This document shows, one piece after another, positions 42,584-54,484 of a stretch of DNA of 64,000 bases. Origin of the DNA: an uncultured Nitrososphaerales archaeon (GTDB lineage: Archaea; Thermoproteota; Nitrososphaeria; Nitrososphaerales; Nitrososphaeraceae); assembly GCA_963695855.1 (NCBI GenBank), contig CAVOHZ010000010.1:64001-128000 (forward strand), read 5' to 3'. A program made the position numbers and the translations under genes. Numbering within the stretch: position 1 is the first letter of the stretch; each line of letters starts with the position of its first letter. Below the pieces are notes generated by a model. It was given only the letters and a program-made list of their open reading frames with translations, ran no database searches and was not told where the DNA came from.

Positions 42584-45034
42584 TTACTTGAATGTCGGTA
42601 TTACATTAGGGAAGGATGGAGTTAATGTGGGTATTATATTAGGGAAGGAGGGAGTTATGCTGCCTACATCTAAGGAACTTGAATCTTTCTTTGCATTCTG
42701 TGTATCTATATCATTAAGATTTAATTGATTTTGTTCTTGTTGTTTTTGTTGCATTATTGCACTACCAGAATTCAATAGTCTAGTATCTTTTTGTTGTTGC
42801 ATTATTGCACTACCAGAATTCAATAGTCTAGTATCTTTTTGTTGTTGTTCTTGTTGCATTATTGCACTACCAGAATTCAATAGTCTAGTATCTTTTTGTT
42901 GTTGCATTATTGCACTACCAGAATTCAATAGTCTAGTATCTTTTTGTTGTTGTTCTTGTTGTTTTTGTTGTTGTTTTACAGGTTGTTCTTGTTGTTTTGG
43001 TTGCATTATTGCACTACCAGAATCCCACATTCTAGTATCTTTTTGTTGTTGTTCTTGTTGTTTTTGTTGTTGTTTTACAGGTTGTTCTTGTTGTTTTTGT
43101 TGTTGTTTTACAGGTTGTTCTTGTTGTTTTGGTTGCATTATTGCACTACCAGAATCCCACATTCTAGTATCTTTTTGTTGTTGTTTTTGTTGTTGTTTTA
43201 CAGGTTGTTCTTGTTGTTTTTGTTGTTGTTTTACAGGTTGTTCTTGTTGTTTTTGTTGGATTATTGCACTACCAGAATTCAATAGTCTAGTATCTTTTTG
43301 TTGTTCTTGTTTTAATTGTTCTTGTTGTTGTTTTAATTGTTCTTGTTGTTTTTGCTGTTGTTTTAATTGTTGTTGTTGTTGTACAAGCTGTCCTTGTTCT
43401 TCTAATGAATTAACGGGGGATACTTGGTCTATGTCATTAGCTTCTACTTGGAAAACAATATTATTTTGTTCCGCTATACAGTTGATTATTGCCAAAATCA
43501 CTAAGCCAATATTATCTCCATTAATATTTCTAGGAGCTCCTTGGTAATTGGCAATATTTTCCTCTACATTATTTGCCCAGCTGATTAGTAAGCTAGATAA
43601 AGCACTAGATTTATTATCAGAAGACAATAACTTTGCTATCGCTTCACATATTTCCCAAAGATTAGCAGAATCGAATAAGGGAATCTGTTTTTGTGTAGTC
43701 AATTGGTCTAAATTAGCTCCATTTTCATTTAAAGTATTGATTAGCTCTTTGTAGGCTACTGTTATTTCATCTCTTGTCAGGAAATCCATATAGAAAAGAT
43801 AACAATCATCACATAAGTTTACTGGATCATTGTCTCCTGAAATTGTTCTAAATTTTACATTATTTTTACTATCTTTGTTATTTTCGCTATTTGATCTTAA
43901 ATTCTCTTTCTTGATTTTTTCCTCATCGTTTGTCTTGAGATTTTTTTCTTCAGATTTATCATTATCCTGTTTTTGATTCTGAGAAGATTCAGTTTCAGTA
44001 ATGATATCATCATCCTGTTCGGTATTGTTTTTATCTAATTTTATTTCAGCAATATTTGTACTTTTGGGATTAAGTTCTATTTCATCATTAATTTGCTTAT
44101 CTTCATTGATGTCATACGAATTTACCTTGTTTTTATTTCCTTCGTTGTATTCTTTCATGCCATCACTGTTGTATTCTTTCTCCTCATCACTGTTGTAGTC
44201 TTTCTTGTATTCTTTCTCATGGTCTTTGTTGTATTTGTATTCTTTCATGCCATCACTGTTGTATTCTTTCTCCTCATCACTGTTGTAGTCTTTGTTGTAT
44301 TCTTTCTCATGGTCTTTGTTGTATTTGTATTCTTTCATGCCATCACTGTTGTATTCTTTCTCCTCATCACTGTTGTAGTCTTTGTTGTATTCTTTCTCAT
44401 GGTCTTTGTTGTATTTGTATTCTTTCATGCCATCACTGTTGTATTCTTTCTCCTCATCACTGTTGTAGTCTTTGTTGTATTCTTTCTCATGGTCTTTGTT
44501 GTATTTGTATTCTTTCATGCCATCACTGTTGTATTCTTTCTCCTCATCACTGTTGTAGTCTTTGTTGTATTCTTTCTCATGGTCTTTGTTGTATTTGTAT
44601 TCTTTCATGCCATCACTGTTGTATTCTTTCTCCTCATCACTGTTGTAGTCTTTGTTGTATTCTTTCTCATGGTCTTTGTTGTATTTGTATTCTTTCATGC
44701 CATCACTGTTGTATTCTTTCTCCTCATCACTGTTGTAGTCTTTGTTGTATTCTTTCTCTCTATCATATACGTTGCCGTTTTGTGAAAAGTAATTATCGGG
44801 ATTTACTTCAGGATCCCCATAGTTATTATTTTGTTTATAATTTTCATAAGTGTCTTCATATGACCCGTATTCGTTATTAGAATTTTTTTCATTCATGTAA
44901 TAATCATATTTTTTTTCTTTCTCATCGCTAGACGCTATCACATCATTAATAATAAATGTTGGAGATGCAATATTGATAGCACCGGCTAGCAAAATAGCAG
45001 CTAAAAACACTGCTGTAATCTCTGACTTGTGCAT
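42584..45034 (-). CDS. Large secreted low-complexity repeat protein with central four-Cys helical domain
   Basis: Signal peptide, 30-aa Tyr/Glu/Lys repeats, CDDC..ICE..NCI domain, Gln-rich repeats. Confidence 0.85.
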   Translation of the reverse strand: MHKSEITAVFLAAILLAGAINIASPTFIINDVIASSDEKEKKYDYYMNEKNSNNEYGSYEDTYENYKQNNNYGDPEVNPDNYFSQNGNVYDREKEYNKDYNSDEEKEYNSDGMKEYKYNKDHEKEYNKDYNSDEEKEYNSDGMKEYKYNKDHEKEYNKDYNSDEEKEYNSDGMKEYKYNKDHEKEYNKDYNSDEEKEYNSDGMKEYKYNKDHEKEYNKDYNSDEEKEYNSDGMKEYKYNKDHEKEYNKDYNSDEEKEYNSDGMKEYKYNKDHEKEYKKDYNSDEEKEYNSDGMKEYNEGNKNKVNSYDINEDKQINDEIELNPKSTNIAEIKLDKNNTEQDDDIITETESSQNQKQDNDKSEEKNLKTNDEEKIKKENLRSNSENNKDSKNNVKFRTISGDNDPVNLCDDCYLFYMDFLTRDEITVAYKELINTLNENGANLDQLTTQKQIPLFDSANLWEICEAIAKLLSSDNKSSALSSLLISWANNVEENIANYQGAPRNINGDNIGLVILAIINCIAEQNNIVFQVEANDIDQVSPVNSLEEQGQLVQQQQQLKQQQKQQEQLKQQQEQLKQEQQKDTRLLNSGSAIIQQKQQEQPVKQQQKQQEQPVKQQQKQQQKDTRMWDSGSAIMQPKQQEQPVKQQQKQQEQPVKQQQKQQEQQQKDTRMWDSGSAIMQPKQQEQPVKQQQKQQEQQQKDTRLLNSGSAIMQQQKDTRLLNSGSAIMQQEQQQKDTRLLNSGSAIMQQQKDTRLLNSGSAIMQQKQQEQNQLNLNDIDTQNAKKDSSSLDVGSITPSFPNIIPTLTPSFPNVIPTFK
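42739..43380 (-). repeat. Coding Gln-rich repeat array with 7 KDTR(LLN/MWD)SGSAI(M/I)Q units
   Basis: Recurring attattgcactaccagaat...ctagtatctttttg among ttg runs. Confidence 0.9.
44147..44758 (-). repeat. 90-bp coding tandem repeat, about 6.8 near-identical copies
   Basis: Unit recurs at 44161, 44251, 44341, 44431, 44521, 44611, 44701; encodes EKEYNKDYNSDEEKEYNSDGMKEYKYNKDH. Confidence 0.95.
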
Positions 45035-45339
45035 TAGTTAGTGAACGATACAATCAATTATATGAAATTCTAAGAATTCTTTGAGGTATTTCTTTAAATG
45101 CTTTGTTGTAGTTTATACATATTGATTTTTTTATAAATCGATTATTACCTACGAATGTAGATTTTCTTTAATATAACATTTTTATGAATCATTTAACTTT
45201 GAAATTTGTATTTATATTTATATTGTGTAAATTTTTTTATCTTTCATGATAGCATGGCCATAAAAATAACTTAATTAAATACTTTTCATTGTATTTCTCC
45301 ATTGCAATGTTGTCCTCTTGAAAGGACATTTAATACCTA

Positions 45340-45815
45340 TTCGCACTTATGTTCCTATTGGGAAACAATTTTGGACTAATGCCATAACTGTATAAAGTCT
45401 TTTTGCTGAGATTAAATGATGATGTGTTATCTATCACAAACAACGATAAATCTTTTGAATCTTCTTCTCTTACTATCTTTTGATGCTATTTAGATGATTT
45501 ATGAAATACTTGCCATTTCCTGATTCGCGTGTTGTAAATCCGATTACGTTTAGTGGATAAAAAAGTATGATGAATTCATTGACCTTATTATTATTGAATT
45601 TCTTGTGAAATATCTTATGTTGCTCTGCTCTTTTCATGTAGGTTCTGGTTACGTATTTCCCTGTATACCACCACGTTTCATCTTTAAATCCCACTAGAAT
45701 CTTTTTTTAAAAGAACAAGTGATACTTTCTTGTATCTGTCTATCTTCCTCTTTGCTCATAATTTTCCGTTTTTTCAGTTCAAGTTTAGGTTTTTTTCCAT
45801 ACTATCTTACTTTGC
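45340..45815 (-). mobile_element. IS630-family transposase remnant
   Basis: KIVWKKPK, then TTTTAAAAAAAG slippery run, then in the -1 frame KILVGFKDETW, and a later IDN-like motif; multiple lesions; boundaries approximate. Confidence 0.6.
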
Positions 45816-46107
45816 TTTGAATATACCGGATACAGATAGTGTAAAATTGGCTGTGTCATACATTGATAAAAACGGAAACAAGAATCACGGTGTATCAATT
45901 GATCTTATGAAAATCCAAAAAATAATCAACAACCAAGCATTGTTTACAATTGAATTAGATGAAAAAATGACCGGTAAAAATCCAGTGTCAGACAAGAGTC
46001 ATACCTTGGGAAAAATAAATGGACTAGCCTTATACAATCATGGAGACAAAACGATAACATTCAAGTCAGGTAATATGGCTGCACTCACACCAGCATTATC
46101 AAAATAA
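45813..46107 (+). pseudogene. C-terminal fragment of a probable secreted beta-rich protein, 5' end replaced by the IS630 remnant
   Basis: The first ~28 codons of ORF 45730-46107 are antisense to the transposase remnant; the rest (NIPDTDSVKL...INGLALYN..NMAALT) looks like real protein. Confidence 0.5.
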
Positions 46108-46247
46108 CCTCACTCTTTATTTTTATCTTTTTGAAACTTAGACCCTATTCCAAAATACATAGAATATAGCTCGTTGTTTTCTCATTACATCAAAATTTGT
46201 ATTAAATATCAGGGTAATATTTCATATATTATCTAACAATGATGTAT

Positions 46248-47144
46248 CTATCTCATTTTATAAAATTTGTAAAGGCCACCACTTTCTCTATTAATATACT
46301 TCCAGTCTTTATCATCAGTTATAACTTCATTGAATGAAGGTTGGATTCTAGGATGTAATAACTTGTATAAGTTTTCACCTACAGACACCTTATTTGCTTC
46401 GGTAAGAGATGTTATCTTTGCAGTTACATTCATACAATAACCAAGGACATCAATCGGAGAGCTCTTGTCGTAACCATACTGTACAATTACATTTTCTCCC
46501 ACATCAATTCCAATTTTCACTGCAAGATTGGGATAATCATAATTCTTTAAAATAGGATTGAGACCTTTCGTTATTGTATCTATCATTGATTTTCCACACT
46601 GGACAGACTTGTCACATACTAGAATCTTGTTAAATCCTATTGGAAAAAAAGAAATTATTGCATCTCCAGCATACTTTAACACGAAGCCATTATAACTTTC
46701 AATAACTGAAGACAATTCATGTGAAAAAGCTCGAATTATTGTGACCATTTGTTCTGCAGGTAATGTCATACTCATCTTTGTAGAACCAACAAGATCAGCA
46801 TACAGAACGACGAGTTCAATCTTAGAATTAACATGTTTGAGAAGAAAATTTTGACCTCTCATTATGGATGTATTATATTGGTAACGTTCTTCTAATGCTT
46901 GCCAAAATCGATCTTTCCTCTGAGCAAAGAGAGTTTGCAAATCGACAAGATTATTAACGCTGGATTCAGCCATCGAGTTATCACTATAGTATTGATTACC
47001 TATCATTCTATTTAGAATCCTTGTTTTGTTTGAATCTTGGGCTGTCTTCAATTTTTCTTCTTTTTTTAACTTTAATTTTTCTATATCTTTATTAATTCTT
47101 GTTTTCTTTGAACCCTTTTCTTTACTAATTTTTCTTGAAGACAT
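46248..47144 (-). CDS. Class III adenylate/guanylate cyclase
   Basis: LYADLVGST, KYAGDAI, KIGID, DVLGYCMNVTAKI. Confidence 0.92.
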   Translation of the reverse strand: MSSRKISKEKGSKKTRINKDIEKLKLKKEEKLKTAQDSNKTRILNRMIGNQYYSDNSMAESSVNNLVDLQTLFAQRKDRFWQALEERYQYNTSIMRGQNFLLKHVNSKIELVVLYADLVGSTKMSMTLPAEQMVTIIRAFSHELSSVIESYNGFVLKYAGDAIISFFPIGFNKILVCDKSVQCGKSMIDTITKGLNPILKNYDYPNLAVKIGIDVGENVIVQYGYDKSSPIDVLGYCMNVTAKITSLTEANKVSVGENLYKLLHPRIQPSFNEVITDDKDWKYINRESGGLYKFYKMR

Positions 47145-47269
47145 TTGTTTTTAGATGTTTTAGAGAACCAGATACATATAAGATTTTCAAGTAATTTTAA
47201 TACAATATTCTTTTTCTAAAATTTTTTTTTAAAAAATTGGATGGCTATACGCCAAACCTCAAGGGAACT

Positions 47270-47875
47270 TTATTTCCACTCCCAAATATTACTTGTAGTA
47301 GTTCCATTTGGATAATATTTGTATACATATATCCCTACCAAATTATTAAGAAATGCTAGCTCTCCATCTGAATCGGTAATAAATATTTGGATTCCTCTAA
47401 ATGTTTCAGTTTCATTTTCATTCATTATACCTACATCGTTTCCAGCATAGGTAGCTATCTCCCCATTAGCAGTCGTCATAATTCCTTTTCCGGTACTTGT
47501 AGAAATACCATCCAGCTTGTGTGTGGTCAAGTATGTCGCTTTATCTGTTACGTTTCCAATATTTTTTAGGTGTCCATAAGCGATGTACGAATCTTCAGTT
47601 ATAATCGAATTATCAACATCTTCTACGATAGAACTTGTTCGATTATGTATCCATTCTTTGTAGATAGGTTCACCAAATATTTTAGTTAAATTGGTGATAG
47701 AAGCTTGCGAAGATTTAGAGTTTATCTCTGAAATTAAAGGCAAAGGTGTTTTGGTGTAAGTTTCAGATTTTTGTGAATAAGAGTCATTTATTTCTAAATA
47801 TCCGAATAAAAATACTGAACTCAAAATAAAGGTTATCATATAAAATCTGGTCTTGTTATATCCATTTTTTTTCAT
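47270..47875 (-). CDS. Secreted thaumarchaeal hypothetical protein (C-terminal WEWK)
   Basis: Signal/TM segment; GNVTD, GKGIMTT.NGE, LAFLNNLVG, IWEWK. Confidence 0.75.
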   Translation of the reverse strand: MKKNGYNKTRFYMITFILSSVFLFGYLEINDSYSQKSETYTKTPLPLISEINSKSSQASITNLTKIFGEPIYKEWIHNRTSSIVEDVDNSIITEDSYIAYGHLKNIGNVTDKATYLTTHKLDGISTSTGKGIMTTANGEIATYAGNDVGIMNENETETFRGIQIFITDSDGELAFLNNLVGIYVYKYYPNGTTTSNIWEWK

Positions 47876-48120
47876 AGCTCGTATGTGATTTATAGTTTAA
47901 TAAATTTTTATAATTGATTTAGTTTATTCCTATATCAAAATTCAAAATGTAATTAAATTATTTTTATTAGATTTTTTAGCAATATTTCCTTTTCCAGCTA
48001 ACAGACATCAGAAAGATAAATAACAGAATGAATCAACTAATAATGTGAATTTTTAAGATACATTTTTGAGATTTGAATTTGATAGACTTTTTATATATGA
48101 CTAGATAAAAAAATTGTAAA

Positions 48121-48525
48121 ATGAGAGTGGATCATATTGCAATTGCTGTAAATAACGCTGAATCAGCTCTTAAGAATTATCAAAATATTTTGAAAATTGA
48201 CAAGGTAGAGATTGAAGAAGTTCCCAATGAAAAGGTTCGTGTTGTTATGCTCAATTTAGAAGATACTAGAATTGAGCTGTTGGAGCCAACGGCTGACGAT
48301 AGTCCAATATCCAAATTTTTAAAGGAAAAAGGCGAGGGAATTCATCATATTGCAATCACTGCAGATGACATTGATAATGATGTTGCAAGGGCGGAAAAAA
48401 ATGGTATGAGGTTCCTAGGTGGAATTAGAACAGGATCATATGGAAGAAAGATAACTTTTATTCATCCAAAATCACTAAATGGTGTATTAACAGAATTCTG
48501 TCAAGCCGCTCCAGGAGCAGAATAG
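48121..48525 (+). CDS. mce: Methylmalonyl-CoA epimerase
   Basis: DHIAIAV, IELLEP, GEGIHHIA, FIHPKS..GVLTEF. Confidence 0.94.
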   Translation: MRVDHIAIAVNNAESALKNYQNILKIDKVEIEEVPNEKVRVVMLNLEDTRIELLEPTADDSPISKFLKEKGEGIHHIAITADDIDNDVARAEKNGMRFLGGIRTGSYGRKITFIHPKSLNGVLTEFCQAAPGAE

Positions 48526-48538
48526 AAAAGATTTTGTA

Positions 48539-49576
48539 TCAAAGTGAGGTTCCTGACAGTTCTTTTACGACTAGGTTTGTAAATTCGTCGGTAAAAAGAT
48601 TACCTCCAATATCCTTTGTTTTTTGATTTTTCTTTAACAAAGAAATAATTGCATCTTCAATATTCTTTCCCTGGCTGTATAAATTAGGATGATCAGATTT
48701 TTCTGCAAGCCATTCTATCATCATCTTAGTGCTAAGTAAAATGGAACAAGGATTAGCAACGTTCTTTCCAGCTATGTCAAAGGCAGCACCATGAACTGGC
48801 TCAAATAAAGAAAAACTTTCTCCGATATTTGCGGCAGGTCCCATCCCCAATCCGCCAACAACTTGTGCTGCTTCATCAGAGAGAATATCTCCAAATAGGT
48901 TTGTGGTTACAATTACATCAAAATCTTCAGGTTTTCTGATAAGATTCATAGCAGCAGCATCGACATAAAGCTCGCTATAATTTATGTCAGGGTATTTTTT
49001 TGAGACATCCTCACAGACACTTTTGAAGAGACCGTCACTTTTCCTTAAAACGTTTGCCTTATGCACTGAAACAACTTTTTTCTTCTGGTTCCTCATTCGG
49101 GCTGTTTTGAAAGCGTACTCTGCTATTCTTCGTGAGGCCTTTTCAGAAATAACTCTTAAAGCAACTATCGTGTCTATATCTACATTGAATTCCCAGCCCA
49201 AATATACATCCTCTGTATTTTCTCTTGCTATTACAAGGTCAACATTTTCGGAAAGTGATTTTATATTTGGATATGACTTGGCAGGTCTTACATTAGCATA
49301 AAGATCAAAGAATCTCCTTAATACGATTATAACATCAGCAGCACTCTCTCCCACAGGTCCCTTCAAACATACATCACTTTTTTTGATTGAATCTAATGTA
49401 AAGTCAGGTAGGGCTTTTCCGTATTTAGAAAGTGCTGAATCTCCAGCAACAACCTCAATTATATCAAATTTAAAACTAGTATTATCATTTAGAAACTCAA
49501 GGATCTTACTAGCACTTTTGGTCAATTCTGGTCCGATTCCATCCCCCGGGATCAAAGAGACCTTGTATCTACTCAT
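48539..49576 (-). CDS. leuB: 3-isopropylmalate dehydrogenase (isocitrate/isopropylmalate dehydrogenase family)
   Basis: PGDGIGPE, RENTED, HKANV, NLFGDILSD, EPVHG; lies downstream of ilvBN-leuA. Confidence 0.88.
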   Translation of the reverse strand: MSRYKVSLIPGDGIGPELTKSASKILEFLNDNTSFKFDIIEVVAGDSALSKYGKALPDFTLDSIKKSDVCLKGPVGESAADVIIVLRRFFDLYANVRPAKSYPNIKSLSENVDLVIARENTEDVYLGWEFNVDIDTIVALRVISEKASRRIAEYAFKTARMRNQKKKVVSVHKANVLRKSDGLFKSVCEDVSKKYPDINYSELYVDAAAMNLIRKPEDFDVIVTTNLFGDILSDEAAQVVGGLGMGPAANIGESFSLFEPVHGAAFDIAGKNVANPCSILLSTKMMIEWLAEKSDHPNLYSQGKNIEDAIISLLKKNQKTKDIGGNLFTDEFTNLVVKELSGTSL

Positions 49577-49728
49577 TTTGACTCTATCAGAAAAGAAATA
49601 GTATTAGTCTTTTTAAGATTTTATTTTATTTTGTTATATTTTATTGATCTATACAAAAAAGTTTGAACACAAAAACACCATAATAGGTAAAAAATTAATT
49701 GATCAGTATTTTCGTGATTTCCTGTTTT

Positions 49729-50382
49729 TTAGACACCATTATTTTCAGTTTCTTTAACTTTAGGCGCACCTTTGTCTTTATATTCACATTCTCCAGTGAT
49801 CTTATCTCCTTGTTTGGAATTGAAATCTTTGATTGTATCGCCAAAATCACATACAAAGGTATCCATCCCTTTTCCTCCAGTAAGTGTATCATTTCCTACA
49901 CCTCCATTAATATTATCATTGCCAGCACCCCCCTTCAGAACATCATTTCCTCGGGTACCACTCAGATCGTCGTTACCCTCTCCACCATTCAAATTATCAT
50001 CTTGGTTACCGCCTTTCAAAATATCATTACCCTCTTCTCCGTCAAGTGTATCGTCGCCGTTACCACCCTTCAATGTATCATTACCTTCTCCACCAGCTAT
50101 ATCGTCATTTCCATGAGCACCGTCTAACGCATCATTTCCTGGTCCCCCAGAAATTTTATCATCGCCGTCACCTCCTTTTATCTTGTCATCATTTTCTGTT
50201 CCTTCTATCACAACATTGACTTTCGGCCTGGGGATTTCACCTGGAGGAAAAGCTTCCTGATCATTACCATCATCATTACCATCATCCTTTTGCGAATAGA
50301 CAATACCTGTTACCTGAAAGATATTTAACAATAATGTAAAAGAGAGTAGAAAAACGTAAACTGGAATCGTATTTTTATCCAA
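49729..50382 (-). CDS. Secreted hemolysin-type (RTX) Ca-binding repeat protein
   Basis: N-terminal signal; about 13 GGxGNDxLx nonapeptides; paralog of 32606-33172. Confidence 0.9.
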   Translation of the reverse strand: MDKNTIPVYVFLLSFTLLLNIFQVTGIVYSQKDDGNDDGNDQEAFPPGEIPRPKVNVVIEGTENDDKIKGGDGDDKISGGPGNDALDGAHGNDDIAGGEGNDTLKGGNGDDTLDGEEGNDILKGGNQDDNLNGGEGNDDLSGTRGNDVLKGGAGNDNINGGVGNDTLTGGKGMDTFVCDFGDTIKDFNSKQGDKITGECEYKDKGAPKVKETENNGV

Positions 50383-50436
50383 GGGATGTTAATTTATTAT
50401 CTCACCATCTATATATTTATCCGCGAGTAGTCCCTA

Positions 50437-50458
50437 TGATCTGCTTTAATGCAGATCA
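50437..50458. repeat. 8-bp inverted repeat between leuA and the RTX gene (hairpin or operator)
   Basis: TGATCTGC-TTTAAT-GCAGATCA. Confidence 0.5.
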
Positions 50459-50509
50459 CTTGCCAAGAAAAATGTTCAAAATCGATAATCTATTATAAAT
50501 TGGAAAATA

Positions 50510-52057
50510 TTAAGCTTGTAAAACTTTTCTCAGCATTACCTTGTTTATTGCATCCATCATGGCCTGAACTGATGCTACCACTACATCTGCGCCTGATTTT
50601 CTTGCTGAAACCACGTTTCCGTTAATGTCCTCTACCCTTACCGACACCTCTGCGAGAGCATCTGAGCCACCTGTAATTGATTCCAGTCTATATTCACGGA
50701 TCTTAATTTTTGCTACTTCCACCGCGATCTTTTGTATTGCCTTTAGAGCAGAATCTACAGGCCCTACACCAATTTCAGAAGCAATGTAGTCTTTTCCTCC
50801 AATATTCAACCTGATAACGGCTGTTGGTGTTATATTTTGACCGGTGACAATATGGAAATCCTGCAACTTGAATTTCTCTTCAAATTTCGAGTTACCCATT
50901 ATCTGACCAGATATGGATAATAAATCCGCAGTTGTTATGGATTTTCCAGCATCTGCAACAGTTTTTTGTCTTTCTACTATTTCTTTTAGCTGTTCCTCTG
51001 TTGGTTTTATACCAAAATCTTGCAACATTGCTTTAATTCCATGAGCTCCTGCATGCTTTCCTGCCTGTAACCATCTCTTTCTTCCCACTAGCTCAGGACT
51101 AATCGGCTCATATGTTAGTGGATTGTTAATTATACCATGTGTATGAATTCCAGATTCATGACCGAATGCATTTTCACCTATGATTGCCTTGTTTGGCTGT
51201 ACGATTATTCCCATGGTATTGGATACAAATTTTGATGTCTCATAAAGCAGCTCAGATTTGATATTTGTTCTTCTATTATAAAGACAATGTAATGACATTA
51301 CAAATTCCTCTAGGGATGCATTGCCTGCCCGCTCTCCGATTCCATTGATTGTTACATGTGCACAACTCGCTCCAGCATTTATTCCAGCAAGTGAATTTGC
51401 TACTGCGTGTCCAAAATCATCATGACAGTGCATACTTATTGGTACAATGATATTGTCTGCGACTTCATGTACAAGACTTGAAATGTATTCAGGAGTCGCA
51501 TATCCTACTGTGTCAGGGATATCGATTCTATCAGCCCCTGCCTCCTGAGCTGCTTTTAAGACTTTGATCAGAAACCCTCTATCAGAACGTGTTGCATCTT
51601 CTGCTGAAAATTCAACCTGAACCCCGTGTTTTTTTGCATAATCTACTGCCCATATAGCTCTTTCAAATACTTGATCTGGTGTCATGTTCAGTTTATACTT
51701 CATGTGGATTTCCGAGGTAGCTATAAATGTATGTATGTATTTTAGGTCACATTTTAATGCAGCATCAATGTCTGCCTGGACCGTCCGCGCCAATCCACAG
51801 ATTTCGGATTTTAATCCTTGCTTTACTATTGTCTTTATAGCTCTTACTTCTCCATCTGAAACAATAGGAAAACCTGCTTCGATAGCATCTACTCCGAGTT
51901 CGTCCAATTTGATAGCAATTTTTACTTTTTGTTCTGCATTTACGGAAACCCCTGGTGTTTGTTCTCCATCACGTAAAGTGGTATCAAATATACGAACTTT
52001 TTGCAAGTTATCTGGGTTTTTGTTATTTATGTTGATATAACTTGTTGAATTAGTCAT
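50510..52057 (-). CDS. leuA: 2-isopropylmalate synthase (LeuA/CimA family)
   Basis: [29 protein letters not shown]-terminal regulatory domain with GPVD. Confidence 0.9.
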   Translation of the reverse strand: MTNSTSYININNKNPDNLQKVRIFDTTLRDGEQTPGVSVNAEQKVKIAIKLDELGVDAIEAGFPIVSDGEVRAIKTIVKQGLKSEICGLARTVQADIDAALKCDLKYIHTFIATSEIHMKYKLNMTPDQVFERAIWAVDYAKKHGVQVEFSAEDATRSDRGFLIKVLKAAQEAGADRIDIPDTVGYATPEYISSLVHEVADNIIVPISMHCHDDFGHAVANSLAGINAGASCAHVTINGIGERAGNASLEEFVMSLHCLYNRRTNIKSELLYETSKFVSNTMGIIVQPNKAIIGENAFGHESGIHTHGIINNPLTYEPISPELVGRKRWLQAGKHAGAHGIKAMLQDFGIKPTEEQLKEIVERQKTVADAGKSITTADLLSISGQIMGNSKFEEKFKLQDFHIVTGQNITPTAVIRLNIGGKDYIASEIGVGPVDSALKAIQKIAVEVAKIKIREYRLESITGGSDALAEVSVRVEDINGNVVSARKSGADVVVASVQAMMDAINKVMLRKVLQA

Positions 52058-52066
52058 CTTGATTAT

Positions 52067-52603
52067 TTATCCTCCTCTTCGCAGAGCAGAAATTCCTGTC
52101 CTCGCAATCCGGACTACTCCATAATGAGTGACAAGGTTTATGAATGCATCTATTTTATCGGGGGTCCCAGTTAACTCTACTATCACGGATTCTTTACCTA
52201 TATCCAAAATTTTTGCCCTAAAAATACCTGCAAAGTGAGATATTTCCATTCTAGTTGTAGGATCAGGTGCCTTCATTTTGATAAGCGCCAATTCCCTAAA
52301 AACGGTATTATGTGTGTCCAATACTCGGACATCAATAACATCGATCAACTTTTTCAACTGTTTTACAAGTTGGTCTAGCGTTCTGGAATCACTTTGTGTT
52401 GCAATTGTCATTCTAGATAGATCTTTTTGTTCAGTAGAACCTACAGTAATGCTAGCGATATTAAAGTTTCTGGCCCTAAATAAATTTGTAATTCTAAACA
52501 AAACTCCTGGTTTGTCTTCTACCAGTACCGATAGTATTCTATAAGGTAACTGGATTTCTTCGTTTTTATCTTCATCATCAGAATTCAAATAGAGATTAGA
52601 CAT
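52067..52603 (-). CDS. ilvN: Acetolactate synthase small (regulatory) subunit
   Basis: LVEDKPGVL..F.R.FNI, RELALIK, RTG. Confidence 0.95.
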   Translation of the reverse strand: MSNLYLNSDDEDKNEEIQLPYRILSVLVEDKPGVLFRITNLFRARNFNIASITVGSTEQKDLSRMTIATQSDSRTLDQLVKQLKKLIDVIDVRVLDTHNTVFRELALIKMKAPDPTTRMEISHFAGIFRAKILDIGKESVIVELTGTPDKIDAFINLVTHYGVVRIARTGISALRRGG

Positions 52604-52616
52604 ATCTTTTCTTTTT

Positions 52617-54305
<1,689 letters not shown>

Positions 54306-54484
54306 AATGTTTCCCCAATCTTTTATAATATCAGTTGGATAAATTCTAATCTAAATTACTACTGAAAATTTTCTAAATTAGTACGGGTTACAAAATTTCT
54401 TATTTCTAAAGGATCAAAAAATATAAAAATTGCAAAAACTTTTGGATCTAAAATTTCCTGTAGAAGAATCCAAAAAAATCACTC

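Noticed and set aside
44093-44785. 230-aa hydrophobic plus-strand ORF and CRISPR-like periodicity
   Set aside because: Antisense shadow of the 90-bp coding repeat; no unique spacers and no cas genes.
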